Virus record (IMG/VR): IMGVR_UViG_3300009678_000002 | Location: 1-64,000 of that record | Source of the DNA: a virus | Taxonomy: Duplodnaviria > Caudoviricetes | Strand: one strand, 5' to 3' | DNA: 64,000 nucleotides | In this document: positions 25,427 to 35,383 of the stretch, one piece after another | Position numbering within the stretch: position 1 is the first letter of the stretch | How the letters are laid out: every line of letters begins with the position of its first letter | Notes under the pieces: generated by a model | The model's input: only the letters and a program-made list of their open reading frames with translations | What the model was told of the DNA's origin: nothing | Databases searched by the model: none | Made by a program: the position numbers and the translations under genes

Positions 25427-25726
25427 TCAGGACTTCGGCGGAGGCGGTGCGACGCTCAACCCCGATTGCGCGGCCTTGCCCTTGACGGTCACGATCGGCG
25501 CGTACCGGTGCGCGAAGTCGAGCGTGTGCGCGACGACGCCGAGGAAGCGCTGCACGACGCCGATCGCCTCGTCGTCCGCCTTGGTCGCGGTCAGCTTGGC
25601 CAAGCCGCCGAGCCATGCGGCCAGCTTGCCGAGCGTGCCCACGAGCGCGGTCGTGGCGGCCAGCACCGCAACGATGTGCGCGGTGATCTCCTGCCAGTGG
25701 TCGATGATCCACGTGATGACCTGCAT
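25427..25726 (-). CDS. Holin-like membrane protein
   Basis: WIIDHWQEI, TM segment, T.TKADDE motif; lysis context. Confidence 0.6.
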   Translation of the reverse strand: MQVITWIIDHWQEITAHIVAVLAATTALVGTLGKLAAWLGGLAKLTATKADDEAIGVVQRFLGVVAHTLDFAHRYAPIVTVKGKAAQSGLSVAPPPPKS

Positions 25727-25738
25727 AGCGATTCTCCT

Positions 25739-26248
25739 TCAGCGCGGGATGCGCATCTGCTGCAAGACCTTGTCAGCCGCGCCCTCGGGCCCGTACCGCA
25801 TGACGAACTCCTCGTATTTCTCGAGCGCGGCGAGACGCTTTTCCTCGGCGGACTTCGCGCGCTTCGGGTCCATGCCGTAGTGCGACTTGACCTGATAGCC
25901 GAGCCGCTCGCGCACCTGCAGCCCGACGCGCTGCTCGATCGCCAGGTCAGCCGTGCTGTGCGATCGCAAGCGCTCCGCGAACGTCTCTCGCGCTTCGACT
26001 TCGGTCGGCTCGCCGACGAGCTTCGCGATCCGCGCGACTCCGGCCTTTGCCGCTGCCGCATCGGTCGCGACAGGCGACAGCGCCTGATCGAGTTCGGCGT
26101 TCGTCGCAATGCCGCCGACCCAGTTCGTGCTGCTCGAGTACATCGCGCCGCCGATGGCGCTGCACACCGAGAGCAGCACCGCGCCGATGCCCGTCGCAAT
26201 CAGCGTGCGTGGCGGCGGGACGCTGAAGAACGAATCGCGCTCGGCCAT
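25739..26248 (-). CDS. Membrane-anchored protein of the lysis cluster
   Basis: N-terminal TM segment, helical remainder. Confidence 0.55.
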   Translation of the reverse strand: MAERDSFFSVPPPRTLIATGIGAVLLSVCSAIGGAMYSSSTNWVGGIATNAELDQALSPVATDAAAAKAGVARIAKLVGEPTEVEARETFAERLRSHSTADLAIEQRVGLQVRERLGYQVKSHYGMDPKRAKSAEEKRLAALEKYEEFVMRYGPEGAADKVLQQMRIPR

Positions 26249-26249
26249 G

Positions 26250-26438
26250 TCACATGTCCGCGATCATCACGAGCAGCTGCACGACCCACACGCCGACGGC
26301 GATGATCGAGCACAGGAGCGCGCACGCCGCGCGGAACTCGACCACCTCGAGCCGCTCGTCGAACGCCTTCGGGTGCTGCTCGCTGGGTGCGCCTCCCTTG
26401 CGCAGCCGGGGTCCGCTGTTGGGGCGCGTGGGCTTCAT
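26250..26438 (-). CDS. Small membrane protein
   Basis: C-terminal TM segment. Confidence 0.4.
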   Translation of the reverse strand: MKPTRPNSGPRLRKGGAPSEQHPKAFDERLEVVEFRAACALLCSIIAVGVWVVQLLVMIADM

Positions 26439-26755
26439 GGCGACCCGTGCTGCGGCTGCAGGTAGGCGGAGGCCGGGGCGACTGCCGCCGGCGTGAGCGC
26501 TGCCCTGGCCGGGAACGTGGTCGCGACCAGCCACACCGCGGCGGCCGCGATCAGCACCGAGCTAACCGCCGCCACGCACATCGACACGGCGCCGATCCAC
26601 ACCGCGTCGCGCGGCGCCGGTTCGCGCCGCTCGACCTCTGCCATCACGGTCGCGAACTCTCCGCGCAGCGATCCGACCTCCGCGTAGATGTCGTTCTGGC
26701 GCTGCAGCACGCGCTGCAAGATGTCGCCGAGCTCGCGGTTCGTGGGTTCGTTCAT
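26435..26755 (-). CDS. Membrane protein with coiled coil
   Basis: MNEPTNRELGDIL...TM. Confidence 0.55.
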   Translation of the reverse strand: MNEPTNRELGDILQRVLQRQNDIYAEVGSLRGEFATVMAEVERREPAPRDAVWIGAVSMCVAAVSSVLIAAAAVWLVATTFPARAALTPAAVAPASAYLQPQHGSP

Positions 26756-27249
26756 GGCGTCAGCCTCTCGGCAGCGGTCATGCGGTCGGCGACTGTCGGC
26801 AGGCGGTACCCGAGCAGCTGCGTGCGCGGATAGGCGGAGACCGAAACGGCGTTGTGCTGGTTGCCGCCGAGGACCCAGATGTGCGCGTCGGTCTCGCGCA
26901 GGTAGAACGCGACGTGGCCGAGCTCGCCGGCGGGATCGCCGCGCCGGAACACCGCGACGCATCCGCGGTCAGGCACCTCGCGGGCATGGCCCCAGCTCAT
27001 CCACGATCGCGCGTTCGCACGCAGCGTCCCGCGGAACCCGCCCTGCCGCATGCACCAGTTCGCGAACACCGAGCACCAGGGCACCTCGTCGTGCAGGTCG
27101 TCCGGCCGGCGGCCTTCAGGGATCGCAGTCCAGTACTCGAGGATCCGCGGGTGGTCGGCCTCGGCGCGCCGCTCCTTGACGCCGACCTCGCAGAGCGCTG
27201 CGACCATCCAGGTGGGGTCGGTGTCGAGGATGCGTGCTTCAAACACCAT
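26752..27249 (-). CDS. TIGR02594 / NlpC-P60-like peptidoglycan hydrolase (endolysin candidate)
   Basis: DEVPWCSVFANWC, ARSW, GHVAF, VLGGNQ. Confidence 0.88.
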   Translation of the reverse strand: MVFEARILDTDPTWMVAALCEVGVKERRAEADHPRILEYWTAIPEGRRPDDLHDEVPWCSVFANWCMRQGGFRGTLRANARSWMSWGHAREVPDRGCVAVFRRGDPAGELGHVAFYLRETDAHIWVLGGNQHNAVSVSAYPRTQLLGYRLPTVADRMTAAERLTP

Positions 27250-27412
27250 GGCGACTCACCTCGGCCAGATTTGGCAAACCGTCGCGCCGACGAAGAACCC
27301 GACCGCCGCGCCGATCGCGAGACCCCACATGAACGCGGTCATGCCCAGCCGCGCCGCTCGTAGATCCACCCGAGCAGCAGCCAGAGCAGGAACCCGAGCA
27401 GCGCGACCGCGA

Positions 27413-27700
27413 TCACTGGCCGCTCCTGCAGCGGTCGGCCGCGTCGCAGGTCGGCGCGCCGGCGATGCACTCCGGCTGCCAGGACAGGGCAGGCACGAGC
27501 TCGGCCTCGGCCTCATACCGCTCGCACGCGGCCCCACAGTTGGCGCCCGACCCAGGGCATCCCATCAGCCGCAGGCGCGCGCACGCGCGCTCACAGGGCG
27601 CCCCAGCCACCGGCACGGGGCCGGGCGCGGGCTCTGGCGGAACGGGCTGGGGATGGCAGGCCGCCAGCGCCATCAGGACGGCCGCGAGGAGGTTACGCAT
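27413..27700 (-). CDS. Cys-rich lipoprotein
   Basis: MRNLLAAVLMALAAC lipobox; CERACARL..GC. Confidence 0.75.
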   Translation of the reverse strand: MRNLLAAVLMALAACHPQPVPPEPAPGPVPVAGAPCERACARLRLMGCPGSGANCGAACERYEAEAELVPALSWQPECIAGAPTCDAADRCRSGQ

Positions 27701-28475
27701 GGATCACCGCCTGGCTCGGGCGAAGCGCCCACACGTCAGCCGTACCGTCAGCGGCGAGCCATTCCGCGGCCAGCCACGCCATGCCCAGGTCACCCCATGA
27801 ACGGCCATAGCTGTTCACGACCCGGACGCGCTCGCCGCCGCGGTCGAAGCCCGCGAGGTACATGGCGTGCCCGCCCAGGATCTCATCGTTCGTGCCCGGC
27901 GCAGGCAGGGTCTCGGCGCCAGTGTGGTAGGCCAGGGCGGCCGTGATCAGCGTGCCGAACACCACCGGGCAGCGCGCTTGCAGCGCGTCGAGCGCGGCCT
28001 CGGCTCGAGCGATGCCCGTCCCCGGTATGCGCTCGTAGACGCCATCGGCGCGCACGAGGCCGTCGACCTCGGCGCCGATGCTGGGGCGCTCGTTCACCCT
28101 GAACGGGTCGAACGGCCATGCGGCCTCGCTCGGCAGACCGAGCCGGTGCGCGACACGCATGGCCGACCGGATGAAGGCGCCGCCGTCCTCGTTCTGGTAG
28201 CCGTTGACCGCGCGCGCTGGCCAGTACAACCCGAGCGCCGACAGCGCGCGGTGCGGGTGCCCGTCGAGCGCGCGCCGGAGCTCGACCGCGCCGCGGCCCG
28301 AGTGACCGACGCAGCTGTTGGTGTTGCGCTGGTCGCGGATGCCGTGGACGTGATCGTCGAACCTGACCTCGACCACGCGCGCCGTCCCCGCCTTGCGCGC
28401 GCCGAACAGCTGATCGCGTGCGTCGATCGGGTCGGGCCGGTACCCGAGGCCGCGGCTTGCCGCCGGCGTGGTCAT
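27693..28475 (-). CDS. Papain-like C1 cysteine peptidase
   Basis: DQRNTNSCVG, GGHAMYLAGFD, NSYGRSWGDLG (Q/C/H/N). Confidence 0.9.
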   Translation of the reverse strand: MTTPAASRGLGYRPDPIDARDQLFGARKAGTARVVEVRFDDHVHGIRDQRNTNSCVGHSGRGAVELRRALDGHPHRALSALGLYWPARAVNGYQNEDGGAFIRSAMRVAHRLGLPSEAAWPFDPFRVNERPSIGAEVDGLVRADGVYERIPGTGIARAEAALDALQARCPVVFGTLITAALAYHTGAETLPAPGTNDEILGGHAMYLAGFDRGGERVRVVNSYGRSWGDLGMAWLAAEWLAADGTADVWALRPSQAVIHA

Positions 28476-28912
28476 CGCGGAAGCCCGAACGTTTCGGCCG
28501 CGGGCACCTGCAGCCGACCATCGATGTCGACGCCGAACGCGCCGGCCGGCAGCGCCTCGCGCACGCCGAACGGCTCGGTCACCGCGAGCAGGGCCTCGTA
28601 TGCCTCGCGGAAGCTGGCGAACGCGGCCTCGAGCTGCTCGCGACTGAGTTCGTCAGCACCGCGGCCAGCGCGCTGCAGCGTGATCGCAGCGAGCCGAGCG
28701 CGGTGCACGGCCTGGTCGATCTTCGCGCGCGTAGCCTCGTCGATCGGCGAGCGGCTCACGAAGTCGGAGATCACGTCGACCCACGTCACCGCTTCTGCGG
28801 CGATGGACGTGATCGTCGCGATGATCGGCAGCGCGCCAGCGCACGCAGGGCCGAGCGTGAGCACGACCGCGAGCAGTGATTGAGCGATGATGGTTCGCAT
28901 GTGGTTCCTCAT
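28472..28912 (-). CDS. Helical lipoprotein-like protein
   Basis: LLAVVLTLGPAC signal, amphipathic helices. Confidence 0.65.
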   Translation of the reverse strand: MRNHMRTIIAQSLLAVVLTLGPACAGALPIIATITSIAAEAVTWVDVISDFVSRSPIDEATRAKIDQAVHRARLAAITLQRAGRGADELSREQLEAAFASFREAYEALLAVTEPFGVREALPAGAFGVDIDGRLQVPAAETFGLPR

Positions 28913-31900
28913 GGGAGCGTGAAGTCCTCGCCGTAATATGCTTCGAAGTAAGCGACGGTGTCCGTAATCAACGGGTCCTCGTCGCCCACGTCAACGTCAA
29001 CGTTCGCGATAAAGATCTCGCAGATCGGTCCATCCCACTGCGAGCCGATGCTCGAGCTCGCGCCGACGTACATGCGGTCAGCGTTCGCATTGAACACGAT
29101 CGTGCCGGCCGTGTTGGTAGACGCTTCCCACTGGCCATTTACGGTAATGCGCCCCGAGTTGGTCGCGTCATCGCGGACCCACGCGACCACGAGCGCCCAT
29201 GCGTCGTCTGCGATGTCAGTCGTCGCCGAGGGGAAGACCGCGGGCGTGAAGTTCCACCGATTCTCGAACAGATCGGTGCTCAGCTTCCGCAAGCGGGTAA
29301 GGATCCCGCTGCTGCCGCTGGTGTCGGTGATCTCCAGAACGACGTCTGTCGCGCCGCCGCCGTCCGTTTGCACGAGCGCGAAGATCACCGCCGCGTTGCT
29401 GGTCGTAAGCGCATTCCAGCCGGTCGTGAGCGCCATGTAATCGGCGTTCTGGAAGTCGAGGCAGTCGCGCCCGCCGACAGCCGCAGCCAAGACCGGCGGC
29501 TGCAGCGAGCCCGTCGCCTGCACGAGATCGAGCGCTCCGATCTTGTCGTTCCAGCTGCTCACGGGGTCGCCCGTCTTGTCGTCGCCGCGGTACCACGCGA
29601 CGCCAGCCGCGCCCCAGATGTCGTCCGGCTCGGTCGTGTCGGGATCGATCACGACGTCGACCGTGTCAACGATCGTGTCGCACGTGACCACAATCGTCAT
29701 GGTGACTTCGGCCGTGTCGCAGGTGATGTCGAGCCCGTTGCAGCTCGCGGTCGACGTGCACACGCCAGCCGATTCAAACGTGCACGTGCCGTCCCCATCC
29801 GCCTCGCTCAGCACGCACGATGGCGTGGAGTCGACGTCGGTGATCGTAGTTGTCAGCTGAAACGCGACGTCCACGGTAGCGTCAGGCGCGACGCCAGCGA
29901 CCACGGTCGGCGCGTTGTTGGTGAAGTCGTGCGCGACGCTGTCGGCAACGCCGTCACACGTAAGCACGAGCGTTTCCGACTGCGCCGCGTCACAAGTCAC
30001 ATCGAGGTCGCAGCTGGTCGCGTCGCATTCGCACTCACCAGCATCGTACTCGGCGCCGAGATCCTCAAACGTGCAGTTTGTTCCCGAGCTCTCTGTCCAC
30101 TGGCACGTGAGGCCGGTTCCGCTGCAACTGGCAGAGAGCGTGTACGCGACATCTTCGATCGGCACCGAGCTGTCCGAGCCGGCGCTGACCGATACGCCCG
30201 GGTTGATCGCGACGATGTGCGTGTCTTCGATGGTGTCGCACTCGAGCTCGTGAGTCATGCTCACGCCGCCCGTGTCGCACGTGCTCGTGAGCGCGCGGCA
30301 TGTCGCGGTTGAGGTGCACGTACCGCCGCTGCTGATCGTACAGATACCGTCAGGGTCGCCGCCGTCGACTTCCGCAAGCGTGCACGAAGGCGTGCTGTCC
30401 GGGTCGCTGATGAGAGCGTTCGTGAACGAGAACGCCGTATCCACGTCCGCGGTTGCGGGCAGGGTGCCGATGTCGACCGTGGGCGCATCGTTCGCGAAGC
30501 CGAGCACGACCTGATCCTCTTCGCCCTCGCACGTGAGCACGAGTGTTTCGGACACGGCCGCGTCGCACGTCACGTCAATGTCGCAGCTGGTCGCATCGCA
30601 CTCGCATTCGCCCTCGCCGAGAGCCCCGGGGCCGTCCTCGAAGGTGCAGTTAGTTCCGGACAGCTCTGTCCACTGGCACGTCTCTTCCGTACCTGCACAC
30701 GACGCGTTGAGCGTATAGGCAACGTCCTCGCGCGGCGCCAGGCTGTCGGAACCCGCGTTGACGCTCGAGGTCGCGAAGCCTTCCTGGATATAGGCGTTGA
30801 TCGCCTGCGCCATGTAGTTCGGGTCCCACGCGGCTTTGTTCTGCGCGCGCACGGCCGCGATGAACGCAGCATCTGTACCAGCGCCGCCCAAACTCGCGTT
30901 GTACGTGCGGACCGAGCGCTCCGGGTCGCCGTATCCGGGATTGGGCTCCGATTGGCTGCCCCAGTCATAGATGACGTTCTCGTTGAGGTCGAGAACCAGC
31001 GCGCTCTGATTGTTGATCGCGACCGGATTCGCCCGGTTGCTGACCTCGTGCGCGATGATGTTGTTTTCAAAGGTGCCGCTCGTCGCGACCTCGACCCAGA
31101 AGCCGTAGCCCTTGAGCTGCGATGGCGCGATGTCGTCGCCCTCGAGCACGACGTTGTCCGAGCAGATGAACGTGCTGGTCAGGTAGCCGGCGCAGAGAAT
31201 GCCGATCGCGTTGCGCCAGCTGAAGTTTCCCGTTGCTTCACCGCCAGGCCGCAGCTGCAAGCCGTGCGAGCTCGCGCGCATGGTCAGGTTGTTGCGCACG
31301 ATGACGCCAGCCGAGGCGTACTGGATGTACATGCTGTGATTGAAGATCGTGCGCTCGGCTCCGGCGATGTCTTCATGCCAGCCGTTGTGGTCGAAGATGT
31401 TCTCCTCGACCAAGAGCGAAGCTGTCTCGCTCATGTACATGCCCTGCGAGTGCGTCGTCGTGCCGTACTGATCGAAGAACTGGTTTCGACGAATCCGGAT
31501 GTTGTCGAGGCCGTACCCGTCGCTGTTCTGGAACGCGAGCGCGGTCTCGTAAAACGAGAACTTGCAATCTTCGATCAAGAGCCCGCGCGTGCCGCGTACC
31601 CACTTGATGCCGTCGACAGACGTGTTGACGTGGCCAGCGTCGAAGCCGGCGTTATCCGGGTCGCGCTTGTAGTAGTAGGCGTCCAGCCCGATGAAATGCA
31701 CATAGTCCATGTGCGTGGGCGAGCTTCCGCCGCCATCGGTGCGCGTCAGCTGTCCAGACAGCTTGAACTGAGGTCGTGCGCCCGTGCCGTAGTTCGAGAT
31801 CACCATCGGCTCGGATGCGCTGCGGCCAGACTTGACCCAGCGTCCGAAGCCCTGATCGGTCCACGTGTCGCCGCGCTTGAAGTACAAGTGATCCGGGAAT

Positions 31901-33036
31901 CCGGTGCGCAGCAACGCGATACCGGCAGCGACCGTCAGCTTCGGGGTTGCCGTAGTAAGACCGTCGTTCGAATCGTTGCCGTCGTCAGCGACGTAGATGA
32001 GCCGCGAGTCCGGGCTCGGCGCGATCTCGGTCCAGCCGTCCGAACTGTTGACTGTGACCGTAATCAGGTCCGAGGCGCTCAACCCGTCGCCGGGATCGCC
32101 GTCATCGGTAGCGGTGCAGCGAAACACATACGCGCCGAGGTCGGTCAACCCGGTGATGCCGGTACTTGCTGCGGTCGAGCTCGTGATCGACGGCGTCTCG
32201 GGGCCGCTCACGAACTCCCACAGGTACTCGCAAGCGCCCTCGGCTGTTACATCGTCGTTGCAGGTGCACGCGAGCGTGGTCGTGCTTTCCGGGTCGGTGA
32301 TCGTCTGATCGACGCCCGCGTCAGTCTCGGGCGCTTCGTTGCCGCCAGCTTCCAGAACCGTGACCGTGAGCGAGTCGGCGACGCTCAGCGGATCGCCGTC
32401 GTCGTCGGTAGCGGTGCACAGGAACGTGTAAACGCCTGTCTCGGTCAGGTTGCTCGCAACGGTCTGATCGTCGTCTTCCGGCGTAAGCGTCGCGGTTGCG
32501 GGTCCGCCGATCTGCTCCCACGCATAATCGCAGCTAGCCTCTGCCGTCGTCGCGTCGTTGCAGTCGCAGTCGAGGACGGCATCGTCGTCTGGCTGCGTTA
32601 CCTGCTGATTGATGCCGGCGTTCGTGGCCGGTGCCGTGTTGCCGTTGCCGGCTGCGATGTCGACCTCGTCGCAGTCAAGATTGCCGTCGCTGTAGGCGCA
32701 GAGCTGTAGTGTGTACGTGTCGACCGCTCCAAAGCAGACTTCGGTGATCGGTGCGGACGAGTCCTCGAATACCACCGTTCCGGCAGGCTCGAAGGTCACG
32801 TCGACCCACGCGCAGACCAGCCCGGGACCTCCAAGGCATACCCCCTCGAGCTGATGGCAGGTGGGCAGCGTGACAGCGTCATCGGTTCCAGCGTTCGCGA
32901 ATGCCGGATTAGGCGTCGACCCGCACGTGCTCGCGACGTTCGTCGCCTGTGCGAGCGCGGTCCCGCTGTAGAGCACGGACAAAAGCGCGAGCGTCACCGC
33001 TACGCCGAGCCGGCGCATGTTGAATCTGGTCAGCAT
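28909..33036 (-). CDS. 1375-aa exported protein: PKD/Ig-like repeats, right-handed beta-helix, C-terminal LamG-like domain
   Basis: Signal peptide ending ALA-Q; NAG.DQ / W.Q.SGP / G.YTF.CTATD repeats; IYVADDGNDSNDG beta-helix start. Confidence 0.85.
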   Translation of the reverse strand: MLTRFNMRRLGVAVTLALLSVLYSGTALAQATNVASTCGSTPNPAFANAGTDDAVTLPTCHQLEGVCLGGPGLVCAWVDVTFEPAGTVVFEDSSAPITEVCFGAVDTYTLQLCAYSDGNLDCDEVDIAAGNGNTAPATNAGINQQVTQPDDDAVLDCDCNDATTAEASCDYAWEQIGGPATATLTPEDDDQTVASNLTETGVYTFLCTATDDDGDPLSVADSLTVTVLEAGGNEAPETDAGVDQTITDPESTTTLACTCNDDVTAEGACEYLWEFVSGPETPSITSSTAASTGITGLTDLGAYVFRCTATDDGDPGDGLSASDLITVTVNSSDGWTEIAPSPDSRLIYVADDGNDSNDGLTTATPKLTVAAGIALLRTGFPDHLYFKRGDTWTDQGFGRWVKSGRSASEPMVISNYGTGARPQFKLSGQLTRTDGGGSSPTHMDYVHFIGLDAYYYKRDPDNAGFDAGHVNTSVDGIKWVRGTRGLLIEDCKFSFYETALAFQNSDGYGLDNIRIRRNQFFDQYGTTTHSQGMYMSETASLLVEENIFDHNGWHEDIAGAERTIFNHSMYIQYASAGVIVRNNLTMRASSHGLQLRPGGEATGNFSWRNAIGILCAGYLTSTFICSDNVVLEGDDIAPSQLKGYGFWVEVATSGTFENNIIAHEVSNRANPVAINNQSALVLDLNENVIYDWGSQSEPNPGYGDPERSVRTYNASLGGAGTDAAFIAAVRAQNKAAWDPNYMAQAINAYIQEGFATSSVNAGSDSLAPREDVAYTLNASCAGTEETCQWTELSGTNCTFEDGPGALGEGECECDATSCDIDVTCDAAVSETLVLTCEGEEDQVVLGFANDAPTVDIGTLPATADVDTAFSFTNALISDPDSTPSCTLAEVDGGDPDGICTISSGGTCTSTATCRALTSTCDTGGVSMTHELECDTIEDTHIVAINPGVSVSAGSDSSVPIEDVAYTLSASCSGTGLTCQWTESSGTNCTFEDLGAEYDAGECECDATSCDLDVTCDAAQSETLVLTCDGVADSVAHDFTNNAPTVVAGVAPDATVDVAFQLTTTITDVDSTPSCVLSEADGDGTCTFESAGVCTSTASCNGLDITCDTAEVTMTIVVTCDTIVDTVDVVIDPDTTEPDDIWGAAGVAWYRGDDKTGDPVSSWNDKIGALDLVQATGSLQPPVLAAAVGGRDCLDFQNADYMALTTGWNALTTSNAAVIFALVQTDGGGATDVVLEITDTSGSSGILTRLRKLSTDLFENRWNFTPAVFPSATTDIADDAWALVVAWVRDDATNSGRITVNGQWEASTNTAGTIVFNANADRMYVGASSSIGSQWDGPICEIFIANVDVDVGDEDPLITDTVAYFEAYYGEDFTLP

Positions 33037-33049
33037 TGTGGAGCCCGCC

Positions 33050-33529
33050 TTACTTGGTCAGCCAGTGCGTATAGATGTCGATCGCTGCAGCTGCGCCGCC
33101 GCTCGTGCGGTCGTAGAAGAGGCGCGTGTATGGGAACGGGTTCTCGAGGCAGACGCCGACCGCGAGCGTGGCCGCGGGATCGTTGATTGCAACCGTCGTC
33201 CCGCCCGCGAAGCTGCCGTTTCCATAGACCTTGTTCGCGTCGAGGAACACGTCGAAGAAGTTCGTTCCGTCGATCGACGCCTCGACCTCGAGGTTTCCAA
33301 CCGGGTCGCCGGTCGAGAGGATCACGAACTCGAAGCAGAGCAGCCGGAAACCGTTGTCAGCGACGAGCGTGCTTGTCGCGTCTTCCAAGCTCGAGAGGTC
33401 AGAGTCGAGCGTGCGCGATGGCAGCGCGCCGTAACGCTGCCCCTCCGGCTCCACGGCGCTCTGGCCCGTCGCACAGCCAATCATCAGAGCGAGCGCGAGC
33501 GCGCCCGCGAGCATTCGCAGGTTCTTCAT
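33050..33529 (-). CDS. Lipoprotein with virion-type beta-sandwich domain
   Basis: LALMIGC lipobox; VEASIDGTNF...YTRLFYDRTSGG. Confidence 0.75.
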   Translation of the reverse strand: MKNLRMLAGALALALMIGCATGQSAVEPEGQRYGALPSRTLDSDLSSLEDATSTLVADNGFRLLCFEFVILSTGDPVGNLEVEASIDGTNFFDVFLDANKVYGNGSFAGGTTVAINDPAATLAVGVCLENPFPYTRLFYDRTSGGAAAAIDIYTHWLTK

Positions 33530-33563
33530 GGATGGGATTCCTTGTGCTGGATGCGATCGCGGA

Positions 33564-34148
33564 TCAGCCGCAGCGATAGAAGCTGGTTGCGTCGACAGTG
33601 TTTGCAGCGCCGCCGCTCGCGCGGTCGTAGTAGATGCGCAGGTAACCGCCGGGGTTCTCTACCCCGACGTAGATCACGACGTTCCCGATGTCGCTCACGC
33701 CGATCGTGAAGCCTCCGGGGTACGCGCCCGCGTTCGTGAAGTTCGAGCCATAGACCCGGTTCGCGTCGAGATACAGGCTCGTCCAGTCGTTGGTGCCGTC
33801 GTCCGATACTTGGATCGCGAACGAGCCGACCGGCGTGCTCGTGTTCGTCAGTTCGATCTTGAACCAGACGACGTGGCCGCAGCCGGCGTCGAGCGCGCTG
33901 CTCGCGTTGTCGCTGTTGCTCTCCCCGTCGACCCAATAGCTCGCGTCGTAGATGCGCCGCGGCGACTGCCATGGCGTGAGGTTGCCGCTGTCGGAATCAC
34001 TCGAGAACGTGATCGCAGCGTTGCGCGCGTTCTTGTCGGTGAAGGTCCCGAAGCGCTTGTGATCGGGGCGCGCGGCAGTGAGCGGCGCGCATGCGACGAG
34101 CGACAGGGCGAGCGCCGACAGCGCCGCGAGTGTGGTGCGGTGGAGCAT
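33564..34148 (-). CDS. Lipoprotein, paralog of 33050
   Basis: LSLVAC lipobox; shared PVG, LDAN.VYG, ENP, Y.R..YDR.SGG. Confidence 0.75.
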   Translation of the reverse strand: MLHRTTLAALSALALSLVACAPLTAARPDHKRFGTFTDKNARNAAITFSSDSDSGNLTPWQSPRRIYDASYWVDGESNSDNASSALDAGCGHVVWFKIELTNTSTPVGSFAIQVSDDGTNDWTSLYLDANRVYGSNFTNAGAYPGGFTIGVSDIGNVVIYVGVENPGGYLRIYYDRASGGAANTVDATSFYRCG

Positions 34149-34324
34149 GGAACCTCGGTGGATGGATTGCTGCGACGTCGCTCGCGGGCTATCGTCTCGG
34201 TGCTTCTGCCTGGCCGCGCGCTGTGGTCCCGTGGCTCGCGGTCGTCAGTCGGAAGTCTCTGGGGCGCACGAGAACCGCGGACGCGCGGGGTACCGGCGAG
34301 CTGGATGCAAAACGGGACGGTCTA

Positions 34325-35380
34325 TCAGGGCTCGTCGCCGCCGATGTTCAGGCCGTACATGTTGAGCGTGGTCGCGGTCGTGACCCGCGCCTCGCAGACG
34401 ATCGTGTCGCGCACGCCGCCGCGCAGACCGCCGTCGCTGTCGAGCGTGGAGGGGTCTTCCGTGTTGAGCTCGATCGTGCCGCCGTACCAGCCGGCCGCGC
34501 CCTCGTCGACAGTGATCGTGTCGGTGTCGCCGCTCGCTGCGGTGAGCCGGACTTCGCCATCCCCGCCCGTCGCGCCCGCGTAGATGACCCACGGCACTGA
34601 GCGCGTGGTCTCGCCGTTATGCAGGTGCCGCGGCTGGATCGGAACGTCGCCGATGGACGTCGGCAGGAACGCCGCGAACGTGCCGAGGTCGAACTCGATG
34701 CCGGGCGGATAGAAGAACGTCAGCAGGTGCGCGCGCCGGCAGAGCTCCTTCGCGATCTCCATGTGAAGCCCGACCGCGTGCGCGCTCTTGATCTGATCGA
34801 GCGGGCTATCGGACTGATAGATGAGCCGCTGCGGCAGGCAGGTCTGCTCGTCGAGCAACTCCTCGTGAAACGTGCGCGGCAACTCCTCGCAACGGTGCGA
34901 CGTGACATACGGGTTCGTGTCCGCGCCGAGGTCGGTGCGCTGGTACCAGATGAATGCCTGTTGGTCCGCGCCGCTCGGTGGGTCGATCGTCTGGAAGATC
35001 TTGAATCGAACCTCCTGATCGGCACGAGTGCCCGCCGGGATCCGCCATTCCGCTGTGGTCGCGTCCTCGAGCGTGACCGTGCCGGTTATCGTCTCGGCGA
35101 CGTCGTCGGGACATGCCAGCCCGAAGTGCCAGACCCGCGTGATGTTGAGCGCGTGCGGCCAGATCCAGTAGCGATAGAGCGCGCCGTCCTCGACGTTGAT
35201 CTCCTCGTCGGCAGCACCGGGCGCGCTGACCAGCGTAGCGCCGCGCGCGTTCATCCAGTTGCAGGCCGCGCCCCATGGCGACCAGTCGTCGCCGCCCATG
35301 ATGGGCGCGGCGTTGCGGATCAGATTGCCGCTGACCTCCACGGTCGAGAGCCGCGGCGGGTAGAGCTTGACGAGTCCCAT
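34325..35380 (-). CDS. Minor tail protein
   Basis: Position after the hub gene; beta-rich. Confidence 0.6.
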   Translation of the reverse strand: MGLVKLYPPRLSTVEVSGNLIRNAAPIMGGDDWSPWGAACNWMNARGATLVSAPGAADEEINVEDGALYRYWIWPHALNITRVWHFGLACPDDVAETITGTVTLEDATTAEWRIPAGTRADQEVRFKIFQTIDPPSGADQQAFIWYQRTDLGADTNPYVTSHRCEELPRTFHEELLDEQTCLPQRLIYQSDSPLDQIKSAHAVGLHMEIAKELCRRAHLLTFFYPPGIEFDLGTFAAFLPTSIGDVPIQPRHLHNGETTRSVPWVIYAGATGGDGEVRLTAASGDTDTITVDEGAAGWYGGTIELNTEDPSTLDSDGGLRGGVRDTIVCEARVTTATTLNMYGLNIGGDEP

Positions 35381-35383
35381 CGC

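Noticed and set aside
29640-30770. Diversity-generating retroelement TR/VR pair
   Set aside because: In-frame domain duplication, differences not adenine-specific, no reverse transcriptase in the window
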